64,000 nucleotides of DNA. Origin: a candidate division WOR-1 bacterium RIFOXYB2_FULL_42_35 (GTDB lineage: Bacteria; Margulisbacteria; WOR-1; O2-12-FULL-45-9). The stretch covers positions 2,379 to 66,378 of the forward strand of contig MEUC01000005.1 of NCBI GenBank assembly GCA_001771545.1, given 5' to 3'. The translations under genes were made by a program, and so were the position numbers. The notes under the pieces are model-generated. The model searched no databases and was not told where the DNA came from. It saw only the letters and a list, made by a program, of their open reading frames with translations. Positions 46,420 through 57,841 of this stretch are shown piece by piece. Within the stretch, counting starts at the first letter, position 1, and each line of letters opens with the position of its first letter.

Positions 46420-47511
46420 TTAACCTACAACTCTCCTCTTCGTTTTATGACAAAAAACCACCAGGCTAACAATTAACAAGGGAATCATTGAAAACAAGAA
46501 AGTTAATTGCTTGTTTGGCAAAGGGAATAGCCCGTAAGTGTTATGGAAACTGGCAAAAAAAACAGAAACAAAGATAAGTAATAATATGGTTTTATGAGGA
46601 TAAACATATTCTTCAATGATTTCAGTAATAAGCCAGTAGAAAACGATAAACGTCGGAGCCATAAGTCTTTCATAATTACTACCAAACAACGTGGAAACAA
46701 TAACTAGCGAAAGATAAACTAAAAGATACCGATGCTCCTTAAAAAAAGACACTGTTTTATTTAGAAAAATGAGAGGAAGAAGGCTGAGCGGAATAAAAGC
46801 ATTAATAAAAGATCTAAACCAGGCTTCAGGCAAAGAAAACTTACCTCCATGACGCAAAAAAGCCTGGAACAAATTTAACCCTCCCACAGGATTAATGAAC
46901 AACCTAAGCAGTAAAAAAACTAATATTCCCGGGGTAACAGCTAAGACTATTTTCTTGGATTCTGATCTTAACTTCTTTTTCTCTAGCAAAAAAAAGAAGC
47001 TTACTGGCACCATAATCATAACAGTTTCTCTAGTTAAGGCCCCAATAAACAAGACAAAGGCAAACACTCCCCAGCGACACCCCAACATTGCCCAAAACAA
47101 CACTATAATAAAAATTAACGAAAGGGTATCATTTATTTGAAAATAGTTCCAAGCTAAATAACCAAATAAATACTTATTCAAAACAAATAGGCTAACAACA
47201 AAAAAAGCAATAAAGCCTTGTCGGGCAGAAACATATAAAAGAAAAAAATAGCAACTGATAGCCAGGACAACTAAGGAAAGAAAAGCAAAAACATAAAAAC
47301 CCAAAGGGGTTGCTACGGGGAACAAACCAACAATATATGGACCTAACATTCTATAAGCAAAAGGTTGCTGTACCTCCGCCGCTATGCCAGGAGCTGCCAA
47401 AGCAATCTTTTGGTAGTCAGCCAAATCCCACGCAGAGAAAGGCTCAGAGGCAAAAGGGATCTTCCCATATAAAATTATCATCAAGACAGTTATAACAACC
47501 AAGAGAATCAA
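46420..47511 (-). CDS. Polytopic membrane protein (possible GT-C-like / polysaccharide polymerase-type)
   Basis: 363 aa with ~10 TM helices and no soluble domain; sits in the polysaccharide locus. Confidence 0.3.
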   Translation of the reverse strand: MILLVVITVLMIILYGKIPFASEPFSAWDLADYQKIALAAPGIAAEVQQPFAYRMLGPYIVGLFPVATPLGFYVFAFLSLVVLAISCYFFLLYVSARQGFIAFFVVSLFVLNKYLFGYLAWNYFQINDTLSLIFIIVLFWAMLGCRWGVFAFVLFIGALTRETVMIMVPVSFFFLLEKKKLRSESKKIVLAVTPGILVFLLLRLFINPVGGLNLFQAFLRHGGKFSLPEAWFRSFINAFIPLSLLPLIFLNKTVSFFKEHRYLLVYLSLVIVSTLFGSNYERLMAPTFIVFYWLITEIIEEYVYPHKTILLLIFVSVFFASFHNTYGLFPLPNKQLTFLFSMIPLLIVSLVVFCHKTKRRVVG

Positions 47512-47575
47512 ATGTTTTTTATTAATGCTAATTTTAGATCCCTTTCAGTAATTTCATATACTCAACAGCAACAGC

Positions 47576-48751
47576 TTAGTTGCGATAACAAATCAGAAAA
47601 TTATTATTAATCGCCTGCCAATTAAATTGTTCTTCAATAACTTTCCGACCATTTGCACCAAGCACTGCTCTTAAGTCTTTATCATTAACTAATAATCTTA
47701 ATTTTCCCGTTAGCTCCTCTTTTTTAGTCTCGTCGTAAATTAGACCATTATTAAAAGAAAGCCTCTCCTTAACCGCAGGAATATTTGAGCCAATCACAGG
47801 TAAATTGCAAGCCATAGCATCAAGCATGGAAACAGAACACTCTTTGGGCCAGACACCAACATCGGCCGCACAATAATATTGCGGTAAATCCTTATTAAGG
47901 ATAGCATCAAGCCAAAGTATTTTACTACTAACTCCTTGGATCTCAATCCGACTTCTCATTTGTTGAACATATTCTCCCTGCCCGCCACCAAGAAATAAGA
48001 GAAAAATATTTTCATTCTCAGACATTAAGGAACAAACAGCCTCCAACAAAACGTGTGGCCCCTTGTTGGGAATTAATTTGCCCACATAAATTATTAAGAT
48101 ATCCCTATCTTTTAACCCCAAAAATCCTCGACACAATTGTCTTTGCCGCGGGTTAAAACGAAACAATTCATGATCAACTCCCAAGGGAATCACTTTGATT
48201 TTATTTAAAGGAAAGCCATAACTCACATGCATAAACTCCTTGGTTGATTCAGTCACACCAATTAGACAATCAGCTTGTTGCTCAATGAGTTTTAAAAAAG
48301 TGCCCCTGAATAAGGGGTATAAATATTTTAGGGGATTACGGCTAGCACAAGCAACCATATGGTCATCATAAAGAAGTCTAAATTGTGTTTTTCCTTTTTT
48401 TAGGCAAGCTACTCTTATAGCTGTAAAAGTTACAATACCATGAACATGAATTACATCAGGATTGAACTCTCTAATTTTCGTTTCTAAACCTTGCAACCAA
48501 ACCCGTCCATTAATCTCAAAGAGGGTTTTTAACCTATGCACCTGTATCCCGTCAAAATCAAACGAGCCTGTTTCCTGCAATCTTTTTCCCAATACGGCTA
48601 CAGAGGCCCTTCCTTTGAAAAGGATAGGGGCATACCGCTCCGAACAAATAACAGCGACTGCATGCCCTTGTTTTTTTTGCTCTTTAGCTAGAAAAGTTTC
48701 CTGATAGCCTAATTCAGGCTGAAAATAATCTATCACATGCAAAATTTTCAT
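47576..48751 (-). CDS. Glycosyltransferase family 4
   Basis: SMLDAMACNLPVIGSNIP motif. Confidence 0.75.
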   Translation of the reverse strand: MKILHVIDYFQPELGYQETFLAKEQKKQGHAVAVICSERYAPILFKGRASVAVLGKRLQETGSFDFDGIQVHRLKTLFEINGRVWLQGLETKIREFNPDVIHVHGIVTFTAIRVACLKKGKTQFRLLYDDHMVACASRNPLKYLYPLFRGTFLKLIEQQADCLIGVTESTKEFMHVSYGFPLNKIKVIPLGVDHELFRFNPRQRQLCRGFLGLKDRDILIIYVGKLIPNKGPHVLLEAVCSLMSENENIFLLFLGGGQGEYVQQMRSRIEIQGVSSKILWLDAILNKDLPQYYCAADVGVWPKECSVSMLDAMACNLPVIGSNIPAVKERLSFNNGLIYDETKKEELTGKLRLLVNDKDLRAVLGANGRKVIEEQFNWQAINNNFLICYRN

Positions 48752-48756
48752 TTAGA

Positions 48757-50196
48757 CTAGTGCTCCCCTTTCAGAACAAATCGAATGGCTGGCTTTTTTA
48801 CAGCAAACTTATCCGCATATAACAACCTCATAACAACTGTTAATCCAACAATTAAAAAGAGTTGTTTTTCGGTCAAGAGACTATCAAACAAGCTTTGAAA
48901 AAGAAAAACCACTAAAGCGATTTGAACAGCAATTGAGAAATTTCTTATTTTGATATCTCCGGCCACATTAGCAATATCCGCAACCCGTCTTAAATCAACA
49001 AAGCAACAGCCAATTAATAAGACATAAATAATGAGACCAAATAACCCTAATTCTGTTAATATCTGTACATACACATTATGAGGATCAAATTTATTACCAT
49101 TCGTATACTTGGCCACATGTTCACAAAAATTCCCCATTCCAACCCCTAAGGGATTCTCCAAAAAAACCGGCATAACACCATGGAAAATACTACTTCTAGC
49201 CAGAACAGAACCATCCCTGCCGCTAAATGCCATATTCATACGAGCCCAGAAACCAGCCCCAGCCAAAGCTCCAACACCAGAAAATAGTAACACAAATATT
49301 ATCGCTAATACTACCATTGATTTAGCAGAAAACCGCTCAAAAATAAAGACCGAAAGTATCACCCCAATGACCAAACCACCAAAGGCTGCCCTAGATAAAG
49401 AAAAAAGCGCTCCAAGTGCCACAATAATAAGAATAACTGAATAAGCGGTCTTCCATAAAAAGTTTCTAGAGTTATAAATTAGAGAAAAAATAAACGGGAT
49501 AAAAAAGGTCGCATATCCACCCCAAATCCCCACATTACGAACTAGTCCTCCCGCTCTAAGACGCGCATAGGGATTATTTATGTCGGGCAAAATCCCACTA
49601 GCTGTCATGAAGGTAGGATCAACAAGATACTGATAAAAAACCACCAAAGACATAATAAAACCAGACAAGACTATGGCAATAATGACCTGCTCCATAAAAA
49701 TCTTGTCGTTAACAACATTGACAAAACAAACAACGAATAAAGACATGGCAAAAATGGTAAAAAGCAATTGGGTGCTATTTTTAATATTAACAGCAAACAA
49801 GAGACTGGTCAGCATAGCAATGGTAACCAAAGCAAACAATAAGATTAATTCAGGAAAATAAAGTTTGATCTTTTTATTAGTCAAGAGTAGTTTTATAAGC
49901 CAAACAAACAAAAACACAAAGCCAAATATTTTAAAAGGTGTGGTACTATATACTTTGGACAACGACTTCAAACCCGGCAAAACCTGAATTGGTAACAGAA
50001 GCATCAAAAACAAAAAGAACCACCTGGATCTATTATAAAACAACAGAAAAAATATACCCCCAATAATTAACAGAGCCAACAACAAGAAGGAAAAAGAAGC
50101 GAACAGGGTTGGGGAGCACAGAATCAATACCCAAAAAACAATAAACAAGCTGATCAGCAATGGCTCATTTTTAAACAACCAATTAAGTCTTGTCAT
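48757..50196 (-). CDS. O-antigen ligase/polymerase family membrane protein (Wzy_C)
   Basis: About 12 TM helices and LFSLSRAAFGGLVIGVIL (Wzy_C signature). Confidence 0.65.
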   Translation of the reverse strand: MTRLNWLFKNEPLLISLFIVFWVLILCSPTLFASFSFLLLALLIIGGIFFLLFYNRSRWFFLFLMLLLPIQVLPGLKSLSKVYSTTPFKIFGFVFLFVWLIKLLLTNKKIKLYFPELILLFALVTIAMLTSLLFAVNIKNSTQLLFTIFAMSLFVVCFVNVVNDKIFMEQVIIAIVLSGFIMSLVVFYQYLVDPTFMTASGILPDINNPYARLRAGGLVRNVGIWGGYATFFIPFIFSLIYNSRNFLWKTAYSVILIIVALGALFSLSRAAFGGLVIGVILSVFIFERFSAKSMVVLAIIFVLLFSGVGALAGAGFWARMNMAFSGRDGSVLARSSIFHGVMPVFLENPLGVGMGNFCEHVAKYTNGNKFDPHNVYVQILTELGLFGLIIYVLLIGCCFVDLRRVADIANVAGDIKIRNFSIAVQIALVVFLFQSLFDSLLTEKQLFLIVGLTVVMRLLYADKFAVKKPAIRFVLKGEH

Positions 50197-50197
50197 A

Positions 50198-51361
50198 TTA
50201 ATTAACCAGCCCCTGATAAACCACTAGTAGTTTCTCAAAGTTTTGATTCCAATCAATCCTCTCCTCTGCAATCAGTAAATTTTTCTGTCTCATTTTTTCC
50301 ATCAATGGCTTATCTCTTAAGAGTCGCCCTATTTTTTCGGCCAAGACAACAGGATTTTTTTGGGAGGAAAAATAACCATTTATACCATCTTCAATCCAAT
50401 CGTGATAAGCAGGAACATCACTAACAACTACTGGTAACCCACAAGACATTGCTTCTAAGAGAGATAGAGAAGTTCCATCACTCAACGAACTGCTAACATA
50501 AATATCAGCACACTGATAATATAAAGGAAGGTCTTTATTATCAACACGCCCAAGAAAACTAATTTGCTCAAAGACTCCCAATTGCTTCGCTAATTGCTGC
50601 ATCGAATCAAACAAACTCCCTCCACCTATAAGAACAGTCCGAATGGGCTGCCCTATCTCTATTTTTGAGGCCAAAGCTCTAACAAAAAACTCAACCCCAT
50701 AAACTGGCTCAAAATGCCTGGTCATAACTAAAACTTTATCTTGGCTAAATCCCAGTTTTTCTTTGAGCCGCTGTTTTTCCTCCATACTCACAGGAAAAAA
50801 CTGCTGACGGTCTATGCCTAATTGAGGAAAAACAATTGTTTTACCAAAACATTTTGGGCAAATATTAATGACCCTATTTTTCACTTCTTCACAATCAGAA
50901 TATACCATTGAGGCCTGACTCAAGACAAATTTTGTTAAATAAAACCAGAATTTACTCTTTTTAGGTTCAAGTAAAATATCCGACCCCCAAGTCATTATTA
51001 ACAAAGGTTTAGCCCCAGCCAAAACAGCATACAAGCTATCCGTTTGAACCCAACCGGAGTGAACAACATCTGGCTTGATCTGGCTAATTTTCTGTCTTAA
51101 ATAATTCGCCCGGCGAAAAACTTCCAACACTATTGGCAAACGCTTGCCACGAGAAAAGTCTTTATAATGGTGAATTAACAAACATGGCAGTGAGATGATT
51201 TCCTGAAACATGTATTTGGAATTGGTTTCAGCCAGTGGATTAAGAAATGAAATCAAATGGATCTCGTTTTTTGATGAACTTAACTTGGTTAAAAACCTAT
51301 AGTCATGAATACCAAAGGTTGAAGTAACATAGAAAATTTTCATCTTGACTTCCCTAACCAC
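50198..51361 (-). CDS. Glycosyltransferase family 4
   Basis: GTSLSLLEAMSCGLPVVVSD motif. Confidence 0.75.
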   Translation of the reverse strand: MVREVKMKIFYVTSTFGIHDYRFLTKLSSSKNEIHLISFLNPLAETNSKYMFQEIISLPCLLIHHYKDFSRGKRLPIVLEVFRRANYLRQKISQIKPDVVHSGWVQTDSLYAVLAGAKPLLIMTWGSDILLEPKKSKFWFYLTKFVLSQASMVYSDCEEVKNRVINICPKCFGKTIVFPQLGIDRQQFFPVSMEEKQRLKEKLGFSQDKVLVMTRHFEPVYGVEFFVRALASKIEIGQPIRTVLIGGGSLFDSMQQLAKQLGVFEQISFLGRVDNKDLPLYYQCADIYVSSSLSDGTSLSLLEAMSCGLPVVVSDVPAYHDWIEDGINGYFSSQKNPVVLAEKIGRLLRDKPLMEKMRQKNLLIAEERIDWNQNFEKLLVVYQGLVN

Positions 51362-52200
51362 TCACAATATTTCCTTATCCCTTCATCCAAGCCAACCTGC
51401 GGTAGCCAATTAAGCTCCTGAAAAGCCAAATCAAGCCCCTTAATCTCTCCACTATAATCGTCATTTCTGGGAGTATCAGCAAGAAACTTAATAACTGGTT
51501 CTGACTTAAAAATCTTCTTTATTAGCTCAGCCAGTTCCTTAATTGCAACAGAAGACTTCCCGGCAAGGACATAAGTCTTGTTTTCAGCCACTGATTGCAA
51601 TGCCGCGACACTGCCAAAGGCCAAATCCTCAACATAAATAAAATTTCTCCTTTGCTGCCCGGAGCCATGGATAATTAATTCTTCTCCTTTTAAGGCTTTA
51701 GCCACAAAGAGGGAAATCACATCTGCCTGCCTGCTCCTGGGACCATAGACTGTGCCATAGCGCAAAATAGTATATGGCAACCCATACAACAGAGAAAAAT
51801 TCTTACATAACATTTCAGCGGCTAGCTTAGAAGTTGTGTAAAGGTGACCCTTTTCATCATGCACATAAACACTACTAGCAAAAATAAAACGCCTTATCCC
51901 GTTCTTTCTGGCGGCATCCAAGAGATAAGTGGTTCCTAAAACATTTAATCTTATTACCTCTACCGGATTAGCCTTAGCCAAATCTATATTAGAAAATCCA
52001 CCAATATGATAAATAACTTCTATGCCCTGCAAAGTTTTTTCAACAACAGCTTGATCCACAAAACTCCCTTGAACAAATTCTAGATCATTCCGCTGAGGGG
52101 GTTTAACATCTAAAATTCGAACATCATGACCAGCTACAACTAATTTATCAACTACCTGGCTGCCAATAAAACCACTGCCACCAGTAACTAAAATCTTCAT
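51340..52200 (-). CDS. NAD-dependent epimerase/dehydratase (short SDR)
   Basis: MKILVTGGSGFIGSQVV, YTTSKLAAE (YxxxK). Confidence 0.8.
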   Translation of the reverse strand: MKILVTGGSGFIGSQVVDKLVVAGHDVRILDVKPPQRNDLEFVQGSFVDQAVVEKTLQGIEVIYHIGGFSNIDLAKANPVEVIRLNVLGTTYLLDAARKNGIRRFIFASSVYVHDEKGHLYTTSKLAAEMLCKNFSLLYGLPYTILRYGTVYGPRSRQADVISLFVAKALKGEELIIHGSGQQRRNFIYVEDLAFGSVAALQSVAENKTYVLAGKSSVAIKELAELIKKIFKSEPVIKFLADTPRNDDYSGEIKGLDLAFQELNWLPQVGLDEGIRKYCEWLGKSR

Positions 52201-53333
52201 GAAAGAACCTTCTTTAACGAATCAGCAATATAATCAAGTTCATCATCTTTTAAGCTAGGATATAAGGGCAAACAAATTTGCCTGGAGCAAACATAATCTG
52301 CATTAGGAAAAAGATCACCTTCAGCATTAACCATAGTATCAGGATAACGCTGAAAAACTGGCTGTGAATGGCAAGCATCAGAATAAACTTCCCCAGGCAA
52401 AGCCACTCCAAATTTTTCTCTCATGGTTCTTTTCACCACAGCTCTATCAAACTTATCATCCAAGTAAAGGATATATTTGTAATAAGCACACTGCATCTCT
52501 TTAGGGAAAGGCAATAATTTAATACCCTTTAAATTAGCTAGTTTTTTATCATACAATTTGGCCAACCTGCGACGTTCCGCTATAATATAATCAACCTTAC
52601 GCATTTGCTGTAAGCCCAAGAGGGCATGAATCTCAGAAAAACGCCAATTATAACCAAATTCAGTATGGACATTAACATTATGGTCAGGTTTGCCATGTTC
52701 ACGCAGGGTTAAGGCCATCTTATAGATATTCTCATCATTAGTGGTTATCATCCCCCCTTCAGCAGTTGTTAATATTTTAGTTGGATAAAAAGAAAAAGAT
52801 CCTCCAATACTTAAGGCTCCTGCCTTAACACCATTGAGCGAACTACCATGGGCATGGGCTGCATCTTCAATTAAAAATAAGCCCATGTCTTTACAGATTT
52901 TTTCAATCTCTTGATAATGAGAAGAAATAATCCCGCCAATATGCACAATAATTACGCCAGCAGTATCTGGTGCAATTTTTCTTTTTAAATCTTCTGGATC
53001 AATTGAGAGATCTTCTTTTGTCACATCAACAAAAGCAACTTTACCACCAGCATGAATTACAGAAATTGGTGTCGCCATAAAAGTAACCGTGGGAACAATA
53101 ACTGTTTTTCCCTTTACACCAAAGGATCGCAACATAATTTCCAGAGAGCTGGTTCCACTATTAACCGCTACCGCATATTTGGTACCAATATATTTTGCAA
53201 ATTCCGCTTCAAACTCCTCAACCTTTTTACCCATGGTCAAATAACCACTTTTAATAACGTCAAGAATCCCTTTTTGGATATAATCAATATCCTCATCAGA
53301 GTAATCAAGCCTTAAGAGGGGGATATTCTTCAT
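52197..53333 (-). CDS. DegT/DnrJ/EryC1/StrS-family PLP-dependent sugar aminotransferase
   Basis: DAAHAHGS...SFYPTKILTTAEGGMITT (Lys-containing motif). Confidence 0.85.
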   Translation of the reverse strand: MKNIPLLRLDYSDEDIDYIQKGILDVIKSGYLTMGKKVEEFEAEFAKYIGTKYAVAVNSGTSSLEIMLRSFGVKGKTVIVPTVTFMATPISVIHAGGKVAFVDVTKEDLSIDPEDLKRKIAPDTAGVIIVHIGGIISSHYQEIEKICKDMGLFLIEDAAHAHGSSLNGVKAGALSIGGSFSFYPTKILTTAEGGMITTNDENIYKMALTLREHGKPDHNVNVHTEFGYNWRFSEIHALLGLQQMRKVDYIIAERRRLAKLYDKKLANLKGIKLLPFPKEMQCAYYKYILYLDDKFDRAVVKRTMREKFGVALPGEVYSDACHSQPVFQRYPDTMVNAEGDLFPNADYVCSRQICLPLYPSLKDDELDYIADSLKKVLS

Positions 53334-54697
53334 ATTCTTGCTCCTTTCGAAACTGTTTCATTTAATTTTAAAAACTCATCAACCACAGCAAGACTTAAAC
53401 CATCATTTAAAATCATATCTCCACTTTGGTGAAAGAAATACTCCCAATGTTCTTTGTCTAACTTGTCCTTAACTTCCTCGTATATTTCTGTCCCATAGTA
53501 CGGAGCCAGAACACTTAAACTGTAATAATCAGCCTGCAACTCTTTGGCAAACTCAATAGTTTCTCTTAAGTCCGCATCTGTTTCTCCTGGAAAACCGGCC
53601 ATAAGATAGACGGTTAAAGAAATCCCCGCCGCCTTAATCAATCTGGCTGCCCGCATCATTACTTCTTTAGTAGCATTTTTCTTAATTTGTTTAATGATTC
53701 TTTCGCTGCCAGATTCAACCCCAATTTTGGCACAAATACACCCAGCCCACTTCATTAATTTAACCAATTCTTCATCCAAGCAATCCGCCCGAGTATCACA
53801 TTTCCACTTGAAGTTATAACCCCGCTCAATGATTTGTCGGCAAATTTCCTTGGCACGGTCCTTTTTAAGGGTAAAGGTGTCATCAACAAAATAAATGATC
53901 GTTGTTGGATTATCCTTAAGGACCATTTCGATTTCTCTCAAAACACTTTCAACAGATCTAAATCTAGTTTTTCGTTTCCAGATAGCCGGACTAGCACAAA
54001 AAGTGCAACAAAACGGACATCCCCTACCAGTTAAAATATACCCCAGATCCAATTTCTTTAACCCCTGACCATTATTCCAAAAAAGATCTCTACTAGGCAA
54101 AGGAATAGAATCTAAATTCTCAATAAAAGGACGGTCTGGGTTATGAATAATTTTAGTTCCCTTTCTATAACTTAAACCCAAAATTGATTGGGTTTCTTTC
54201 CCGCTCAATAATTCTAGAAAATTTTCCTCCCCTTCCCCACGAATGGCCAAATCAAAATCTTGGCATTGCAATGTTCCTTCTGCATCTAAAGTTGGGTGTG
54301 GACCACCAACAATAACCAGGATTTTTTCGTTGACAGCTTTAATCATTCTAGCAATATTCTTAGAACTCTTAATTGCTGCCGTATAGACGGAAATTCCTAC
54401 AACGTCTGGAGAAAAAGCCTTAATAGCATCACTAACTTCCTCCCAAATGGGATGATTAAGATCATTAAGCGCTTCCTTATATGCCCCATAATGTTGAAAA
54501 ATTTCCCTTTGATTAAGATAAGAATCTGTATCCAAATAATCAGCATTATAAATCCTGACTTCGTGACCCTGCTGTTGTAACACCGCAGCAATATAAGACA
54601 AGCCAAGATTAAGCCCATTGAAATGACTGCCCATTAAACGGTAAAACGGCGGCGAAATAAGTAAAATTCTTTTTTTCTCTTTTATTTGATTATTCAT
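53330..54697 (-). CDS. B12-binding-domain radical SAM protein (class B; likely sugar C-methyltransferase or epimerase type)
   Basis: N-terminal B12-binding Rossmann fold and GRGCPFCCTFC (CxxxCxxC). Confidence 0.75.
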   Translation of the reverse strand: MNNQIKEKKRILLISPPFYRLMGSHFNGLNLGLSYIAAVLQQQGHEVRIYNADYLDTDSYLNQREIFQHYGAYKEALNDLNHPIWEEVSDAIKAFSPDVVGISVYTAAIKSSKNIARMIKAVNEKILVIVGGPHPTLDAEGTLQCQDFDLAIRGEGEENFLELLSGKETQSILGLSYRKGTKIIHNPDRPFIENLDSIPLPSRDLFWNNGQGLKKLDLGYILTGRGCPFCCTFCASPAIWKRKTRFRSVESVLREIEMVLKDNPTTIIYFVDDTFTLKKDRAKEICRQIIERGYNFKWKCDTRADCLDEELVKLMKWAGCICAKIGVESGSERIIKQIKKNATKEVMMRAARLIKAAGISLTVYLMAGFPGETDADLRETIEFAKELQADYYSLSVLAPYYGTEIYEEVKDKLDKEHWEYFFHQSGDMILNDGLSLAVVDEFLKLNETVSKGARI

Positions 54698-55871
54698 ACA
54701 ACTTTACTCCAAGAAGATCATTGTACACAAGCAAGTAACGTTCGGCAACACTGCTAATTGAGAATTTCTTTTCTATTTTCCGACGTGCTTGCCCACCCAT
54801 TTGAGAAGCCAACTTTTCATTAGATAAAAGTTTTGTTAGTGCTACTGTAAAAGCAGCACTATCCCCAGGGGGAATCAGGAACCCTTCCTGGCCAGAAGCA
54901 ACAATCGCTTCCGTAATCCCCTGGATATTAGAAACTACAACAGGCAAACCACAAGCCATTGCCTCAACTAAAGCATTGGGAAAACCTTCTCTTAAAGAAG
55001 CAAAGACAAAAACATCAGCAATTTTCAAAAAGTCTTCAACATTATCTGTTTTACCGATAAAAACAAGCCGCTTGTCCCCACCCCACTGATGAACTTTCTG
55101 CTTTATTTCGGTTAAATAATCCTCATCTTCAACAGGACCAACTAAAACCAAACTGACAGACTGATCATTTTGAGCCACCCGACTAAAAACATCGACCAGA
55201 AAATCAACCCCTTTTCTTTTGCAAATTGCCCCAACAAAAACAAGAATTTTACAATTCAAATCAAACCCCAATTGTTTTTTTGATTTTTGTTTCTGTTCTA
55301 AACTTTCAAGGGGACTAAATTTTTGAGTATCTACACCATTGGGAATTTGTGAATAAGCTTTTGAAGGCAACCCTGTTTTAAGGTAAGAATGTCTAAAAAC
55401 TTCACTTAAACCAATAATTCGATTTACCCAAGAAAGAACCCTTAAAAATATTTTGCCGCAGCGCCGCTGACTTAAAGAATAAGGATCATCATCTCCGAAT
55501 AAAGTTAATTTGACAACAATTTTCTTGCCAAATAATCTAGCTGCCAAAATCGCTGCATAGGTAAACGGGGTACAAGCTCCATGGATATGAACAATATCAT
55601 ATTGTCGCCTTTTTTGAAATAAAGCCACAAATATCTTTGGGGCAAAATCAAGGCCCTTATTGCAAGGCGAAGAGTTAACGGCCAAGCGATAAACCTTGAT
55701 ACCCTCAATGTCTTCTTCTTTCTGACAAGCACCAGCCTTAGTTGTGATGACAAAAACATTAACACCTTGCTTCTTCAATTCCTTGGCCAAAGACAAGGCT
55801 TGCTGCCCTGCTCCCGTAAAAAGGGGCGGAAAACTGCCTAAAACAAAACAAACATTTTGGTTATTTTTCAT
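54690..55871 (-). CDS. Glycosyltransferase family 4
   Basis: EGFPNALVEAMACGLPVVVSN motif. Confidence 0.75.
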   Translation of the reverse strand: MKNNQNVCFVLGSFPPLFTGAGQQALSLAKELKKQGVNVFVITTKAGACQKEEDIEGIKVYRLAVNSSPCNKGLDFAPKIFVALFQKRRQYDIVHIHGACTPFTYAAILAARLFGKKIVVKLTLFGDDDPYSLSQRRCGKIFLRVLSWVNRIIGLSEVFRHSYLKTGLPSKAYSQIPNGVDTQKFSPLESLEQKQKSKKQLGFDLNCKILVFVGAICKRKGVDFLVDVFSRVAQNDQSVSLVLVGPVEDEDYLTEIKQKVHQWGGDKRLVFIGKTDNVEDFLKIADVFVFASLREGFPNALVEAMACGLPVVVSNIQGITEAIVASGQEGFLIPPGDSAAFTVALTKLLSNEKLASQMGGQARRKIEKKFSISSVAERYLLVYNDLLGVKLYE

Positions 55872-57841
55872 AACAAGCTCTCTTGCTGCTCTGATAGTTT
55901 GGGAACATTAGCCTGATCAACATGAACCCTTAGCCAATATTCCAAAACGACAAAAGACCAAATATCTATCTCGGAAACAAAATAATTCCCTTTTAAAAAC
56001 TGCTTGTGTATTTTTTTCATCCACTTATAATCAAAGAGGCCTCTTTTCTTTATCGTCTCCTCAGAAAACACGTCATCGACAAAAGATTTCAACTCGTGCT
56101 TTATCCATTTTTCAAATGGGATACCAAAAGATGCCGACGGTTTCTGCGCAAGTTCTCGAGGCAAATAAGAATCCATGGCTCTTCTTAATAAAAACTTATC
56201 CTTTTTTAGATTATTTGGTAGACATAAACACATCCGAATCATGTCCAGACTTAAAAAGGGTAAGCTCACCTCTGCTTCAAAGTGAGAAGAAACGCTATAA
56301 AATGAGGGGAGCTGCTGATTACTTTGGTAAGTCTTTAAAGTAAGATAGGTGTTCTGAGTTGAAGTCTGTCCTAAGTTCAAGCCAGCAACCATATCTCTAT
56401 ACCCCTTAGCAACTACATCTGGATCAAAACTGGCGGGGGGATCACTAAAAATCTTGTTGAGATGTTTTTCATCTATTGTTGATCCTTTCCACTTAAACAA
56501 TCCCAATTTATTGGTTAGGTAAGTATAAAAAAACAGGACCCCCTTCCGCTTCCTTGTTAAAGAGAAAGCACATAACTGGGCAAAACGATCCCTCAGAAAG
56601 GAAAGAAAACACAACCTGACTGATTTCGGCACACGCTGTGAAAAAGCAATTGATTTATCAACTCGATCAAATAGTTGCCAAGCAGAATTTAACCCAAAGA
56701 TAGAGTCCGCACCTTCACCACAAAAATACTGACTAATATTGTATTTTTTACCAAGAGAAGCAACCAAATACATCATATAACCACTATTAGCTACAGGCAG
56801 GTCAAGTCCCTTTAGGTAATCAATAAAAACATCTGAAAGTTTCTCTGCACTGAATAAAATCTCATGGTGATTTATTTTTTTATTTTCCGCCATTAATCGG
56901 CCAAAATATCGTGCCGGATCATTATCATCAAAATAAATAGTAAAACTATGCAAAGGATTTGGCGATATTTCCTTTAACAATGACGCTAAAACACACGAAT
57001 CAACACCCCCACTAAGCAAAAGCCCTAACGGCCGGCTATCGTCATCAATATTATCTTGAAGATTTTTTTTCAAGATATCCAACATTTTTAGGCTCAGAGT
57101 TTCTACTTTCTCTTCCTCAACTATCTGAGCAAACAATAAACGTAGATCCCAAAAGGAATATACTCTTGTCACCCCAGAAGCATATTTAAAAACTTGGGCA
57201 GGAAGAAGGCTGCGTATTCCTTTTATAGGGGTCAGGGGTTGTTCAAAGGCTTTCATAAGCAAATATGAATATATTGCTTCCACATCCAACACTTTATCTA
57301 CCAAATTAGTTCTTAATATCAGCTTCAAACTATTAGCTAAACAGATTACCTCTCGATCACAAAAATAATAAATAGCACACTGTCCAATTTTATCTCTGGC
57401 AGCAAAAATAACCTCGCGATGCAAAAGCACAAAGCTGAACACACCCTCAAAATGTTCCACACATTTCTCCCCATAGACCCGATAAGCATCAATAATAAGC
57501 TCTCCATCACAACTCGCACGAGAAATGACTCCTTTGGCCGCTAACTGTTGCTTTAGCTTCTCTTTACTGTAAATGCGTGCATGATAGAAAACCATATATT
57601 GCTCACTACTATCTGAAGAAAAAAAATAATTAGATTGGTCGGCAAAAGCCAGTAGCTCTTTATTACCATCAAAATCAATCCTTTTAATTAAAGCCATCCC
57701 CATATTGTCAGCAACAAAAGGCACCACTTTGGGTTTTAAGCAAATCAGATAGCTCATCTTTATCTTTCTATATGCCCTCGCCAACCATCGGCTGGCACGA
57801 AACGAAGATTTTCTAGCTGTTGATATCCCCTGTTTTCCCAT
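55868..57841 (-). CDS. Asparagine synthase-family amidotransferase-like protein (no evident N-terminal Cys nucleophile)
   Basis: LLSGGVDSCVLASL SGGxDS PP-loop. The N-terminal region lacks an MCG start. Confidence 0.7.
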   Translation of the reverse strand: MGKQGISTARKSSFRASRWLARAYRKIKMSYLICLKPKVVPFVADNMGMALIKRIDFDGNKELLAFADQSNYFFSSDSSEQYMVFYHARIYSKEKLKQQLAAKGVISRASCDGELIIDAYRVYGEKCVEHFEGVFSFVLLHREVIFAARDKIGQCAIYYFCDREVICLANSLKLILRTNLVDKVLDVEAIYSYLLMKAFEQPLTPIKGIRSLLPAQVFKYASGVTRVYSFWDLRLLFAQIVEEEKVETLSLKMLDILKKNLQDNIDDDSRPLGLLLSGGVDSCVLASLLKEISPNPLHSFTIYFDDNDPARYFGRLMAENKKINHHEILFSAEKLSDVFIDYLKGLDLPVANSGYMMYLVASLGKKYNISQYFCGEGADSIFGLNSAWQLFDRVDKSIAFSQRVPKSVRLCFLSFLRDRFAQLCAFSLTRKRKGVLFFYTYLTNKLGLFKWKGSTIDEKHLNKIFSDPPASFDPDVVAKGYRDMVAGLNLGQTSTQNTYLTLKTYQSNQQLPSFYSVSSHFEAEVSLPFLSLDMIRMCLCLPNNLKKDKFLLRRAMDSYLPRELAQKPSASFGIPFEKWIKHELKSFVDDVFSEETIKKRGLFDYKWMKKIHKQFLKGNYFVSEIDIWSFVVLEYWLRVHVDQANVPKLSEQQESLL